64,000 nt of DNA. Origin: Reclinomonas americana ATCC 50394 (taxonomy: Eukaryota). The translations under genes and the position numbers were made by a program. The stretch lies in NCBI GenBank assembly GCA_048213135.1, contig PS015114.1, forward strand, positions 1 through 64,000. The letters run 5' to 3'. Positions 1 through 12,622 of this stretch are shown here, piece by piece; positions within the stretch are counted from its first letter, which is position 1, and each line of letters starts with the position of its first letter. Below the pieces are notes generated by a model. The model had not been told where the DNA came from. It was given only the letters and a program-made list of their open reading frames with translations, and made no database searches.

Positions 1-241
1 GGCGAGCGGGGGATCTCAAGACGGCCTTCCGTTCATGAGCAGGCGGCACGTGTGGCACCCACCACCAGTGACTCCGGTCGACGCTGAGGTGAGGTATTCG
101 TTGAAGGATATGATACAAGGTGCGCAGCAGCAACAGCAGCAGTATTGAAGTGGTGCATGGGTGTGCATCATTGGCGGAGATACTGTAGGTCCTTCATTCT
201 CTGCTGCCCCTCACACTCGATCTGTGCGGCTTCTAATCTCT

Positions 242-1105
242 TCACCAGTCCTCGTCTTCCACGAGGCCTTCCGTCTCGTCGCCTTTTTGGTAGCGGTAGT
301 TGTAGTTGTGCGGCGTGCCGAAAAAATTCGATGACCAGTAGTAGCCATACCTGTCCCCGCAACCGTAGCACATGTTGCCCATCGTCTCAGCCTCCTCCCA
401 GCAGCGGGCGCAAATTCCCTGATCACATCGCACGCAACGGCCGACGAGCATGCGCTTGTGGCGAAAGTGATTCATGCACACAACGCACCCCTTTAGGAGC
501 TTGGAGCAACCGTCGTCACAGTGCCACTGCAGGCGATCCGCGGTCTTCTTCCAATACGACTTGCCGTAATCGGCGCAAGTCAACCAATCGCATCTGACGC
601 ATTTCAGCAGCAGCCCGTCTGCCCGCATGCGCAGCCGGCGGTCGGATTCGTTTCCAGGGGAAAACAACTCCCGCCGCTCCATACACTGGCGGCAAACACG
701 CGAGCGTTTATCGCGACACAGAACAAGCCTGCGCACGCGTACGCTCACGCTTCGCGATCGAATTCCGGATCCGCGCGCGCGACGGGTACCGTTGTCGTAG
801 CGCCAGTGACCGGGACACCCGATTGGCGCGCCAAGCATCATGTCAGCCAGCGTCTTGCCGTCGCGCTGGCCGCACTCGACGCACTTGAGAGGCGAGGGAA
901 TCAACGAGCAACTCGTCTCCCACATGTCGCAGAACGAAGTGGAGACGCGCCACAACCCGCGTGTGACGTCGTCAACGCGCAGGAAGGGCATCAGCGAGTA
1001 GCTGACCACCTCGGCGGGGAGGCGAGAGAGCAGGTCACCGTGCGTTTCCATGTGCGCACGGCTTACTGTAAACATGCTCGCCGTCAGGTCTCTCTTTTGT
1101 CTCAT
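242..1105 (-). CDS. F-box protein with Cys-rich (CxxC) C-terminus, intronless
   Basis: N-terminal LLSRLPAEVVSYSLMPFLRVDDVTRGLWRVSTSF resembles an F-box. Many CxxC pairs follow. The start may be the ATG at 1105, 1075 or 1051. Confidence 0.6.
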   Translation of the reverse strand: MRQKRDLTASMFTVSRAHMETHGDLLSRLPAEVVSYSLMPFLRVDDVTRGLWRVSTSFCDMWETSCSLIPSPLKCVECGQRDGKTLADMMLGAPIGCPGHWRYDNGTRRARGSGIRSRSVSVRVRRLVLCRDKRSRVCRQCMERRELFSPGNESDRRLRMRADGLLLKCVRCDWLTCADYGKSYWKKTADRLQWHCDDGCSKLLKGCVVCMNHFRHKRMLVGRCVRCDQGICARCWEEAETMGNMCYGCGDRYGYYWSSNFFGTPHNYNYRYQKGDETEGLVEDEDW

Positions 1106-1128
1106 CACATCATCGTGTTTTGCGAAAC

Positions 1129-4100
1129 ATGAACGACTTTTTCACGGTGCACCAGACAGTGGGCAGCCCCTCCTTCGGTACGTCCTCTCTCGCATGCATT
1201 ACACACACACACGCACACAAAATCATGCTTTTGCGCGTGCTTGCTTGCGTGCGTGCATTTCCGTGGCCATCACACGCGTTTTTGTTTTTGTTTTGTGTTT
1301 GTTTTTGTTTCTCTCTCGCAGCCCGTGCGTTCCGCGAGGCTGGGGGTGCGGGAGAGCGCATTGAGGGCAAGAAGGTGGCGCCCTTCCTCAAGGAGAAGAC
1401 GCATTTGCCTGTGGATGTCCTCAAGCAGGTCTGGAAACACAAGTCGAAAGTGTCTCAACTCACACACACACCCTCTCTCTCTCTCCACTCACTCTTCCTC
1501 TCTCTCTCTCTCTCTGTGTTCTGCAGATCTGGTTGCAAGTCTCCAAGAGCAGCCCGGAGCACCTCACCGCAGAGGAGTTCTGTCGCGCATTGCAACTCGC
1601 AGCACTTGCCATGCAGGGCAAGAATGCCAGTGTGGACGTGCTGAACTTGGAGTTGCTGAAGGTCAGTCTCTCTCTCTCTCTCACACACACACTCTCTCTC
1701 TTTACTGTGTGATTGACGTGTGGCATGTGCAGCACATTTCGCCCGAGTCTCGCATGCAGTTTGAGGGCGAGTTCTTTGATGGAGACAAGGATTTTGATGG
1801 TTTCATTGGAGGTGTGTGTGTGCTTGTGCTCGCTCTCCAGTGAATGCGTGACTGCGTGGTGCTGAGTGTGTGGGGCACCATGGTAGGCGCTGATGCACGC
1901 GATGTGCTCTCCAAGACGGGCGTGCACAAGGACATTTTGCGTCATGTGTGGTGAGTCGAGAGCTTCAGCAAGTCTTCACTGCCATCCTTGATCGCCCACG
2001 TCACGACTTCCTCTTGCTCGCCAAGCTTCCCCTTCGATTCTCTCATCAACAAGCTTCCTTTCCTTCGCGTCTCTCGCGAACCTTTCTCTTCCTTCGCTTC
2101 CCTCGCCAAGCTTCTCTTTCCTTCGCTTCTCTCACCAACAAGCTTCCCCTTCCTTCGCTTCACACCAAGCTTTCCCTCTCCATCCCCCTCGCTCTGTCAT
2201 CGTCACCCTCTCCCCTACTCATTTCCCCTTCTCGGCCAGGCTGCTGTCGGACGTGACGGGCGACGGTCGCCTCGACAAGACCGAGTTCGTGCTGTGCCGT
2301 CATCTGATTGAGATGGTCAAGAAGGGCATTCCACTGCCCGACGCGTTGCCTCCGGGACTCTACCAGTCGGCAGCGGTGCGTCCCCGTGCGTTTCGTATTC
2401 CATGGACATGACCTCACGTGCGCTCGTGCAGGGACTGGAGGGTGGCAGCGACGGCTTTGGCGGTGGTGGATTCGGTGGGATGCCATCGCAGCCGGGAATG
2501 ATGCAACCGCAGCCGGGCATGATGATGCCGCAACCTGGCATGATGATGCCGCCGCAGGGTGGCTTTGGTGGACCAGGCATGGCGAATCCAGCAGCTATCC
2601 CGCCGCCAGCTGCAGCTGCAGGTGGCTTCAGCGGTGAGTTTTGTTTGCATGAACGCTCTCTTTCTTTCACTCCCGCACGCACATACACACATTTTTTGTT
2701 TGCACTCAGTGACATCTTGTTTTTCTCACCCTGCTGCCTCCTGTTGCATTCTTCACTCCGCAATTCTCACGTTGATTCGTCCACTCGCCACTGTTCGTGT
2801 CCCTCTCTGCCGTCCCCGTTTCATTCTTCTACTTACCTTCGCGCTCCTATTCTCTCACTCTGCTTTCTCCTGTTTTTACTCTTCACCCGCAGTCCACACG
2901 TTGATTCATTCAGTCGCTCGGCTGATCGTCCCCTCTCTTTCCGTATTCCTTTCCACTCATTGATCTCACTCAGCGACATCTGGTTCTTCTCACCCTGCTA
3001 CCTCCTGTTGCATTCTTCACTTCGCAACCCTCACGATGATTTGTCCACTCGCCACTGTTCGTGTCCTTCTCTCTCTCTCTCTCGCGCGTAGACTGCTTTC
3101 TCTTGTTTGATTGTTCACTCCGCAGTCCACTCGTAGATTCATTCAGTCGCTCAATTGATCCTCCCCACTCTTTCCCTCCTCCCTCTCTTTCCCTGTTCCT
3201 TTCCACTCATTGATCTCTCTTTCTTCCCACTCTGCAGTCTCCTTTTGACTCTTTTGCTCACTCGCTCATACATCAATCGCCATTCACCCCCCTCTCCCCT
3301 CCCTTTCCCCTCACTTCCCCCTCACTTCCCGCACCTCTTGCAGACGACTTTGGCGACGGTTTCGGCTCGCCCCCACCACCGGCAGCGCGTGTTGCCGCCC
3401 CTGTGGCAGTAGCGCAACCCCCAGTGCGCCCACCAGTGGCTCCGGCAGGTGGTGATGGATTTGGTGACGGATTTGGCGACGGTTTCGGCGATGGCTTTGG
3501 CTCGCCACCACAGGCGCCCGCGCCCGCGCAGCCGGCCAAGAAGGTGTGCGACGTCGTGGCTGTGCATTTGCAGAGGAGATGATGTGAGTATTTACCTAAT
3601 CGCGCAGGCACCGGAGCCGAGCAAGCCGGCTGTGCCGATTGGCAACCTGCAGAATGCCTTCCTGTCGGGAAATCTCGACCTGTTTGCGGCACCCCCGGCC
3701 AAAGTTTCGCACAGGCTTTGTCTGAGTTGTGGTTCTTGATGCTAACAACATGTCATTGTCGCAGCCGGCCTCGCCACCCAAGTCACCACCGCGCTCTCCA
3801 CGCAAGGCCTCGCAGCCAGCAGTGGTTCGTGTGCATATCTTCATATTCTTCGAGTCTGTTTCTTCTCCGAGTTTGTTTTGCTTTATGTGTTCTGCATCTG
3901 TTGTGTTACTCAAAAGAGGTGAACTGGTGCAGTGAGATAGTCGACTGTGTTCTGCATCCTGTCTTGCTTCTTCTCGTACTGTTACTTTCGCAGTAAGATG
4001 TGCAGGGACTGAGTCAAATTCGCTTCTTCTATTCTGGATCCTGTCTTGCATCTTGTAAAGTTTTCTGCACAGTGAGGGTGTCGAGAACTGAGTTTCGCTT

Positions 4101-6053
4101 TCTTGTCTTCTGGATCCTGTTTTGCTTCTTGTACAGTTAGGTGGTGAAGTTAGATGGTCGATTAGTTGTATTGTGCATCCTATCACACTACTCCTTTCCC
4201 ACTTCCCCTTTAACCCCCTTCCCCTTTTATCCGCATTCTCCCTTGTACCCCTTCTCCCTTGACCCCGTCCCCCTTCCCCTTTTATCCCCCTTTTTCCCTT
4301 ACCCTTTCCCCTCCCCCTCTCCCTCTCCCATTTAGGCACCAATGGCCGCGGCACCCCCCGGTGCAGGCGGATTTGGTGGACCGGCCGTGGCAGGTGGTTT
4401 CGGCGGCATGCCGGCGGGTCCGGGCGGCTTTGGCGCACAGCCCATGGGCTTTGGAGGCGCGCCGCCGCAGGGTGCCGGTGGCTTTGGTCAGCCGATGGGC
4501 GGATTTGGTGGCGTACCATCACCCGTGTCGGCGTCGGCTGGTTTTGGTGGTCAGCCAGGTCTGGGCGGCGCGGGTGGCATGGGCGGCGGTGGTTTCGGCG
4601 GTGGTGGTGGTGGTGGTGAGTCGACGACCACAAGCCACCGATTCCCGATTAGTTGTGTGCTCATGTTGGATGTTGCAGCTGGTGGACAGGGACTCGACGC
4701 CATGCCCATGCAGTCGATCCAGGAGATGAGCTCGCAGGTGCAGCAGATTGGCCAGTTGACTGTCGGTGACCCCAAGAGCCGGGAGGAGCGTTTTGGTCGG
4801 ATGGATGAGCGGTTGACGATGTTGCACGATATGGAGCGCAAACTGTCGGAGACGCTGGCGGTGCTGAACCAGCGCAAGTCCGAAGTTAGCGAGAAGCTCG
4901 TGGAGGGTTCATCGGTGGTCGAGGAGCTGCAGGCCAAGGTTGGCAGTGTGTTACTGCTCGCTTCCGATTGCGTGCGCGTGAGGAGTTGCTCACCTCAATA
5001 ACGGTGCAGGTGTCGCAACTGGAGAGCAGTGTGGAGGAGGCGCGCAACGACATTCTGATGACTCACATGAGGGCCATGGAGACGCAAGTGCGCCTCAACG
5101 AGTTCAAGCGCAACAAGGAGCGTCTGGAGCTCCGCCTGAAGACGCTGAAGGACGAGCAGACGCACTTGGTCATGCAGACCGAGGAGCAGAAGGCGCTGAG
5201 TGGAGCACAGTTGGCGGTTCGTGTGCAGTGACCATGTTTTTTCTCTGCCCTGCTTTCCCGCTCACATGCGTTGTGTGCGTGTGCAGTCGATTCAGGCGCT
5301 GGAGCAGGAGATCAACAGGCTCGAGCGACAGACGAGCGAGTCGGTGACTCGGTTGCTCTCGGGTGGCAGGTTTGCTCTCCCGTGCTGGCCCACGTTGTTA
5401 GAAATGCTCACTTTTCTCCTCGCACCCATCAGCGACGGTCAAATGGCGCTGAGGCAGCAGGAGTTGCTGAAGAAGGTCGACGGCATGAAGCGCAACATTG
5501 AAGCGGTACGTGACAGGTCGAAGAAAGAACAGCGTGGCGACCACTGCTCATAGTCACTGTCACAGCTGGAGCAACAAGCGTCGTCGTCGTCCGGCACCAA
5601 GGCAACCATGGAAGCTCGCCTGCACGAGCTGCAGGAGGAGGAACAGGGCCTGAAGAGCAAGGAGGCTGCGCTGAAGGCGCAGGTGGCCAAGCAGGAGGCC
5701 GACATGCAGAAGCTCAACTCACAAGTCAATGATCGGAGAGGTGCGCTGTTCTCTTGATCTCCTCTCTCTCTATTCTCCCTCTCGCGCTCATCCTGCTTTG
5801 TGTCGTAGCGGCCGCTGGTGCGCACGACGAGACCGTGCGCCAGGCGTCGGCACTGTTGGAGACTGCGACTGGCGCGCTCGCGCAGTTGCACAAGCTGCTC
5901 GGTTCGGCGCCGTCAGTGGCCCCGGCCGCTGCTGCTGCTGCTTCCAGTTTTGCCCCGATGCCGGTCGTTGCTCACGCTCCGGCTCCGGTCCCGGCCCCGG
6001 CCCCTGTCGCCGCCCCCGTCGCCGCTGCTCCTGCGGCAGGATGGAACGACGAC
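1129..6053 (+). CDS. Eps15/Ede1-like EH-domain endocytic adaptor (multi-exon; 3' part lies beyond the gap)
   Basis: Spliced exons give two EH domains (GKKVAPFLKEKTHLPVDVLKQIW; GADARDVLSKTGVHKDILRHVWLLSDVTGDGRLDKTEF), Gly/Pro/Phe-rich linkers and a long coiled coil. The frame is still open at the gap (AGWNDD). Confidence 0.8.
1960..2180 (+). repeat. Degenerate intronic minisatellite (CAAGCTT..CCTTCGC units)
   Basis: caagctt followed by ttccttcgc recurs about 5 times inside an EH-gene intron. Confidence 0.6.
2703..3230 (+). repeat. Intronic tandem duplication, period about 264 bp
   Basis: cactcagtgacatcttgtttttctcaccctgct... at 2703 matches cactcagcgacatctggttcttctcaccctgct... at 2967. Confidence 0.75.
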
Positions 6054-6626
6054 NNNNNNNNNNNNNNNNNNNNNNNNNNNNNNNNNNNNNNNNNNNNNNN
6101 NNNNNNNNNNNNNNNNNNNNNNNNNNNNNNNNNNNNNNNNNNNNNNNNNNNNNNNNNNNNNNNNNNNNNNNNNNNNNNNNNNNNNNNNNNNNNNNNNNNN
6201 NNNNNNNNNNNNNNNNNNNNNNNNNNNNNNNNNNNNNNNNNNNNNNNNNNNNNNNNNNNNNNNNNNNNNNNNNNNNNNNNNNNNNNNNNNNNNNNNNNNN
6301 NNNNNNNNNNNNNNNNNNNNNNNNNNNNNNNNNNNNNNNNNNNNNNNNNNNNNNNNNNNNNNNNNNNNNNNNNNNNNNNNNNNNNNNNNNNNNNNNNNNN
6401 NNNNNNNNNNNNNNNNNNNNNNNNNNNNNNNNNNNNNNNNNNNNNNNNNNNNNNNNNNNNNNNNNNNNNNNNNNNNNGGTTAACTTCTGCAGTCCCAATG
6501 CTTCATTGTCGCGAAGACAGGGGGAAACGAGAGAGAAAAAAGTGCAAGACAAGAGGAAGTGGACGCACAGACATCGCGACAGGCTGCCGAACTACATAAA
6601 CGCAAAAAGAACCACAGGCGATACTC

Positions 6627-7162
6627 TCAGTTCCAGTCATCTTCCCATCCACCCGGGGCTGCGTTGGCAAGGAAATCAATCGTTAGTTTGTCGTCAACTA
6701 ATCATAACACAACACAACAAGAGAAAAAGTGGCGCAACTCGCGGCTGCAGGCGCAGCTGCTGCCGGTGCGGCGGGCTGAGCGGCGGTGGCGGCGGCGGCT
6801 GGTGCGCCTGGCGTCGCGGCACCCCATGCATCGTCGGCGGCCCATGGATCGGCACCCCAGCCAGCATCGGTGGCCGGCGCCGGTGCTGCACCCCATCCTG
6901 ATGAATCCGCACTGGCGACCACTGCCGCAGGAGCGACTGGCGCCGGCGCGGCCCAATCGTCGCCTGCGTCCCATGCAGGAGCTGCGGCAGCCACAGCTGG
7001 CGCAGGCGCTGGCACCGCGGCCACAGGGGCGGCCACTGGAGCAGCCGGTGCACCCCACTCATCAGCCGCATCCCAACCAATCGCAGCTGCCGGTGCCGCC
7101 ACAGCGACAGCGGGCGCAGGCACTGCCGCCACCGCTGGCTTGGCCGGAGCACCCCACGCATC
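6627..7162 (-). CDS. Probable C-terminal exons of the EH protein on a mis-oriented contig
   Basis: Ala/Pro-rich sequence with DAW/DEW/DDW/DPW motifs, the same style as the + strand end at 6053. After an intron starting at 6738, the last exon reads TPGGWEDDWN-stop. Confidence 0.65.
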
Positions 7163-7182
7163 NNNNNNNNNNNNNNNNNNNN

Positions 7183-9078
7183 GTGGCGTGATTGCAAACA
7201 GTGCCGGATTCAATAACATCTGTGTGTGTGTGTACAAGGCGTGCATAGGTGCGCGCGCATTAAAGGGTTTGTGCAATGCCAGCAACCAGAGCCGCCTGTT
7301 TGCATCGCAAGCTGGTCAGCAACGAGAGACATCAACAACAATTCACAGCGGGTTGTTTGTTCCTTTTCTCACCTCTTGGGCATTCTGTGCTCGGCCGCTG
7401 GCCATCAGCAGTCGCATGCGGCGTGCCTCGCGACTGCTCGGTTGCACCTTCACAATGCTGCCGCCAGCGGTGACATTGTACGCAAACCGAGGAGAGGAAA
7501 CGACGGGCGTTCCAACTCCCGCCGACGTCGATGTCGACACGTGCAGTGCGGCGCGACCCTTGCCGCCACCGACCGACTTGGCCACCGACATTGACGCTGT
7601 GCCTCCAATGGTCGGCGCAACGGCGACAGCCGCCGGTGCTTCCATTGTGGAGGCTGGCGCGCCTCCAACTACAATCTTGTGCGGTCTGAGGTGCTCCTGC
7701 AGAGCCGCCAGCTTGACGTGCTCCTTGGAGAGCGCCCCCGAGGCCGGCGAAAACGTAAACACCGTGGCCTCGTCGCACATGCGCAAACTACGTGCTCGCT
7801 CTGCACACAAGGGATGGGTGTTGTTAACAAACAGAAACACCCCTTGCTCTCACATCGACTGTTGACGAAACTGCGTTCGGGTGCCTTGGAGTGCGCGGTC
7901 GAGCTCATCTCCCGCGCGCTATTCGGCGCACTGACACTCTTGCTGGCGCCCTTCAAAGTGGTGGCATCGCTCTTAAGGATGCCAACCAACTGCGCCGCCG
8001 ACGAGCTCCGTCGCAACACCGAGTCCCCTCCCGCCGACGACACCGACGACACCATCGACGTCGGCGTTGCAGCCGACGACACCGCCTGCAACGTCGGCAG
8101 CGGCAACAGCGGCAACGGCACCGAGTTGCGCCGTCCCAGCAACGAAAACCGATGGCTGTCCTCCGCCGTCGTTGTCGCTGTCGCCGTCGCCGCCGTCGCC
8201 GCTGCCAATGCACTCCAGTGATCCACTGGCTGTCGTGGTGGTGGTCTCCGCTCTGTCCCCGCCACGGCCGCCGCCAGTGACTCAGCACTGGCGGCGCCCG
8301 AGCGCGGAACAACTCGGCACGAAGGCTCCCGCGAGCACGTCCACGATCCAGGCAACGATGATCGCCGTCGTGTCATTAGCCACGAGGCAGCAGCCGCGGC
8401 CGACGCATCTCCAGTGGGTGTTGCACTGCTGCACCACATCTCCTCCGGCTGCGCGTCGTCGGTCAGTCGCGGTAACCGCGGCGCGAGAGGAGCCGCAATC
8501 GGCATGTTCAGTGATGACTCGTGCGCGCGACTATGTGCGGGGAGACGAGTGAGCGTGCCAATGTCGCGGCTCTCTTACACTTTTGATCGTGTTTACCTTC
8601 TGCCTTGGTTCGTCGCCGATGGCGGTCTCTTTCGTGTCGCGCGTTCGCTCAGATCATCCCACAGCGCATCAGCTGCATTTCAGTGAGTGAGCAGGAGTGA
8701 GTGAGAGAGAGAGACAAGGGTGCAAGTTCGGACAAACAGCGAGAAGAACACACGCGCGCGAGTGAAAGCGATCGCACACAGACAGAGAGACGCGGAGAAG
8801 GGCGAGTGTGTGTGTATGTGTGTGAGAGAGACGCACTATGCAACGCGTCCGTGGTGGGTGTTGACTCTGCGCCGCCCATTTGAGTTTTAGTGCAACTGCC
8901 CACCGGACAGTAATGCTCGCCATATTGTCCCTGTCCATCGTTTTGTGTTTGTGTCATCGACGCGCGCGTTTATTATCGTTTTTTTTTCTCTGCCTTCCCC
9001 CCAACCCTCTTCGAATTGAAGCGACATGGGTCTGATTGCCAGTCGAGCGGCGTCTGGAGGTGGTGCAGGAGTCGCCAT
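7183..9078 (-). CDS. Hypothetical low-complexity Ser/Ala/Thr-rich protein (multi-exon; 3' end uncertain at gap)
   Basis: Exons MATPAPPPDAARLAIRPMSLQFEE / GQYGEHYCP / long exon with RRSSLP and RRNSVP / EATVFTFSP, joined by GT-AG introns. No domain recognised. Confidence 0.5.
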
Positions 9079-9279
9079 GCGACACTCATTGGAGGAGTTG
9101 GCCACGGCCGGACAGGTGAGACACACTGCCTGATTTGGGCACTCCTCACAAAACTCTTCTCTCAAACACCGCACACTCTGCCACTCACTCAACTCGCACA
9201 CACTCGCTCATCTTTGCCTCTATCGCTTGTCACTGATGCACGCGCTTGCTTAATTGGTGTTGCACGTGCGGTTTTTAAT

Positions 9280-9469
9280 ATGTCAGTGACGTGTGTTGTT
9301 GTCTCACTGTCACACTCACTCTGTTGTGCAACACACACACAGTTGAGACCACTGAAGCCTGGCGAACTGCAATCGCTTCTGCTCAAGGTTTGATTGCCAC
9401 TGCAGCAGTCGCGCTGCATCTCTCTGATGCGATGCAGAGAGCCGCTCACACTCTCTCTCACAGTACCAG
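9280..9469 (+). CDS. Possible 5' exons of a small gene running into the gap
   Basis: ATG TCA|GT...ACAG|LRPLKPGELQSLLLK|GT...CAG pattern. Too short to identify. Confidence 0.25.
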
Positions 9470-10106
9470 NNNNNNNNNNNNNNNNNNNNNNNNNNNNNNN
9501 NNNNNNNNNNNNNNNNNNNNNNNNNNNNNNNNNNNNNNNNNNNNNNNNNNNNNNNNNNNNNNNNNNNNNNNNNNNNNNNNNNNNNNNNNNNNNNNNNNNN
9601 NNNNNNNNNNNNNNNNNNNNNNNNNNNNNNNNNNNNNNNNNNNNNNNNNNNNNNNNNNNNNNNNNNNNNNNNNNNNNNNNNNNNNNNNNNNNNNNNNNNN
9701 NNNNNNNNNNNNNNNNNNNNNNNNNNNNNNNNNNNNNNNNNNNNNNNNNNNNNNNNNNNNNNNNNNNNNNNNNNNNNNNNNNNNNNNNNNNNNNNNNNNN
9801 NNNNNNNNNNNNNNNNNNNNNNNNNNNNNNNNNNNNNNNNNNNNNNNNNNNNNNNNNNNNNNNNNNNNNNNNNNNNNNNNNNNNNNNNNNNNNNNNNNNN
9901 NNNNNNNNNNNNNNNNNNNNNNNNNNNNNNNNNNNNNNNNNNNNNNNNNNNNNNNNNNNNNNNNNNNNNNNNNNNNNNNNNNNNNNNNNNNNNNNNNNNN
10001 NNNNNNNNNNNNNNNNNNNNNNNNNNNNNNNNNNNNNNNNNNNNNNNNNNNNNNNNNNNNNNNNNNNNNGGGCAGGGGAGATGAGAGGAAGAACGCAGAT
10101 CGCAAC

Positions 10107-12561
10107 TGTGTCGGGCCTCCGGTTGGCTGCAGACAAAACGTGCGCGAAAAGCTGTGCAGAGCCCCGTCGGCACCCTCGCAGTGACCGTGTACGGTGCAAA
10201 TGACCAGCTCATCCGTGAGCATTTTGGCGTCAACGCGACTTCCCTGCAGCACGAAACAAAGGTTGAGCATGAGAAGGCAAAGTGATACACATTCTCTCCT
10301 CTTTCTTCTCCTTCTCCTCTTTCACTTCCTCTTTCTTCTTCTGCTGCTTCTCCTCCTTCATGAACGTCATTCTTTTTTCTTTGTCACCCTTCGTACTTGC
10401 CTTCTTCTCGTCCTCCTTCTTCATCTCTTTTTTGTTCTTCTTCTCCTTCATCTCCTCCTCTTCCTCCTCCTCCTCATCCTTATCCTTCTCCTTCTCTTTC
10501 TTCTTCTTCTTCTTCTTCTCCTCCTCCTCCTCTTCCTCCTCCTCATCCTTCTCCTTATTGTCCTTCTTCTCATTCTCGTCTTCTTGTCGTTCTTCTCCTT
10601 CATGTTCTTCTCCTCCTCCTCCTCTTCTTCTTCCTCTTCTTGTTTTCTTCTTCTTCTCCTCCTCCTCCTCCTCCTCCTTCTCCTCCACCTACCTCAAACA
10701 CCACCGAGCGACACGGCGACGGCACCGCCTCCAGCAGCGCCTGCATGATGGAAAACTGGCCCTTGTACAGTGTTCCCACTGCAACTTGCTGCCGTCAGTC
10801 ACGCACACCTCTTCTCCTCACCACCCACGACAACGCAACGTGGATCGCCACAATCCAGCAGGTTGCGCGACAGTGCGCGGAAAGGGACCACGGTGAAATC
10901 GCTTGGAGCGGCTGCGGTCGGCGGTCGGCTCTTCCACCGCCGCCGTCCGTTGCTGTCCGGCTGCAACTGCTTCAATTCCAGGTCGGTGGTCACCGAGAAC
11001 AGGGCGTTCTCACTANNNNNNNNNNNNNNNNNNNNTACAAGTTGATCAGCCGCCTCCGGTCCTTGTCGTACAACTCGAAATATCTGCGAGCAGAGAGAGA
11101 GAGTCTGCATCACCAAGCCGTCTCATTTGCGCAATGCAATCGTCTGCACGCAACGTCTGCAGAAACGATACAATGTGCTCGCCAATCTCGGGTGGATCGA
11201 AAAACGTCTGCGTGGGCGACGGCACCGGGTGCAACTTGTGCGCCACAATCCCCGAACCAAAGTTCACCATCGGCTCCAGATCGACGCCATCCAAGCTGCG
11301 CAGACCGCGCAATCGACTGGCGACCTCGCTGCGGAGAGGAACATATCCTGGTTATACTACAAATGCACAGTGACAAAGGAGATCGAAGATCACGCACAGT
11401 TGGTACCGCCGCATGTCGGCTTGGCCGAGACGCGCGATGGGATTGTCGAGCAGCAGCAATTGGCGAACGGCCAGCGGCGTCAGCACGCACAGCGAGTTGG
11501 GATCGTGAATCAGGTTACGACACAGCGAGAGATTGGGAAAGGGCGGGAAGAACTCGATCAGCGCCGAGGCCACGCCGGCCAGACCAACATCGCTGATCCT
11601 GTTGACGAGAGACAACACGGTTCAGCCACGGCAACAGAGAGAGAAGCAACAGGCGGCGAAACTCGTTCTCGTCCAGCAGCACGGTGACCACTGGCTGCTT
11701 GGCAAAGTTGTGCTGCACGGCACGGAAGAGTCGCCCGGCGTGACCCGCCGTGTTGATGTTCAACCGATAGAGCGCCAGATCGCCGGAGCGGGTGACTGCG
11801 TTGCAAGTGAGCATGCGCGCGAGGACGAAGCGGTGCTAACAAACACGCAACTGGCCGACATATCCAGCGTCGACGACTGCGGATCGTACCTGCATTGCCG
11901 GAAACACCGTCAACACAAACTTCCACACGACTGGCGAGTTGTCTGTCGCACCGTATCAGTGTGCTGACCAGCTGATCAAACGCCGGATCGTTCCACGATC
12001 GCTTGCTCCCTCCGTCTCCCTCGCCCCTCGGTGCACCACTGCCACTACCACCTGCACCACCACCATACGACTTGCCCGGCGCACTCCCAGGCGACGCGCC
12101 AAGCGATGCTGGAGGCTTGCCCGGTTCACATGCAATCTACAGTCGACTTCGTCAACAAATCGACTGGCCTCCCCCCGCACTGGGTGGCGAGACTGACCTT
12201 GACACCGCGGTACTCCAAGTTGGTCATGGCCAGGCACGTGGCCACCGCCTGCGGGCTGTCGAGCACGAGCACGGCCATGTGAGGGTGCTCGGCCAGTGTG
12301 CGTTTCACGTCCCAGGCCGGTCGCGAGGACGGCGTGAGTGAGCGCATGTAGTGAATGAGCTCGGAGAGGCTGGAGAGGGAGGAGAAGCTGGTGCCATCGA
12401 TCGCGCGGATCTGTGAGAGAGTGAGTGTCAGCGACTGAAGAGTGTGGGTGTGTGATGAGAGAGCGGTGACGAAACGACGAGGCGATCGGTGGAGGGTTGT
12501 GCCCTGTGATCATGTGTGAGTGGTGGTATGAGTGGTGAGGAAAGACGGATGCGTACCACAT
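10107..12561 (-). CDS. NXF1: Nuclear mRNA export factor NXF1/Mex67 (3' end lost in gap)
   Basis: LRR part: RYDPQSSTLDMS, LSLCRNLI, LLLLDNPI, LRSLDGVDL. NTF2-like part: FLQT|YFELYDKDRRRLINLYSENALFSV, SRNL, HSFSRTFCL. Confidence 0.8.
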
Positions 12562-12622
12562 CGTCGTCGACTTTGTGTCCAATACAGGCGCGAAGGACAA
12601 CTCAATTATCGACCCTCGATGT

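Noticed and set aside
1-140. Possible 3' end of a + strand gene
   Set aside because: Too short, with no recognisable motif.
9010-9085. Possible structured RNA (gcgacatgg...ccatgcgac)
   Set aside because: Better explained as the first coding exon of the minus-strand gene. No snRNA or tRNA consensus is present.
10230-10688. Glu/Lys-rich ORF and the opposite Leu/Phe/Ser-rich ORFs
   Set aside because: They lie inside an NXF1 intron bounded by GT and AG. Low-complexity sequence lacks stops by chance.
11016-11035. Apparent frameshift or missing sequence in NXF1
   Set aside because: Removing the 20 Ns joins TTGTA+TAGTGAG into in-frame LYSENALF, so this is a placeholder gap.
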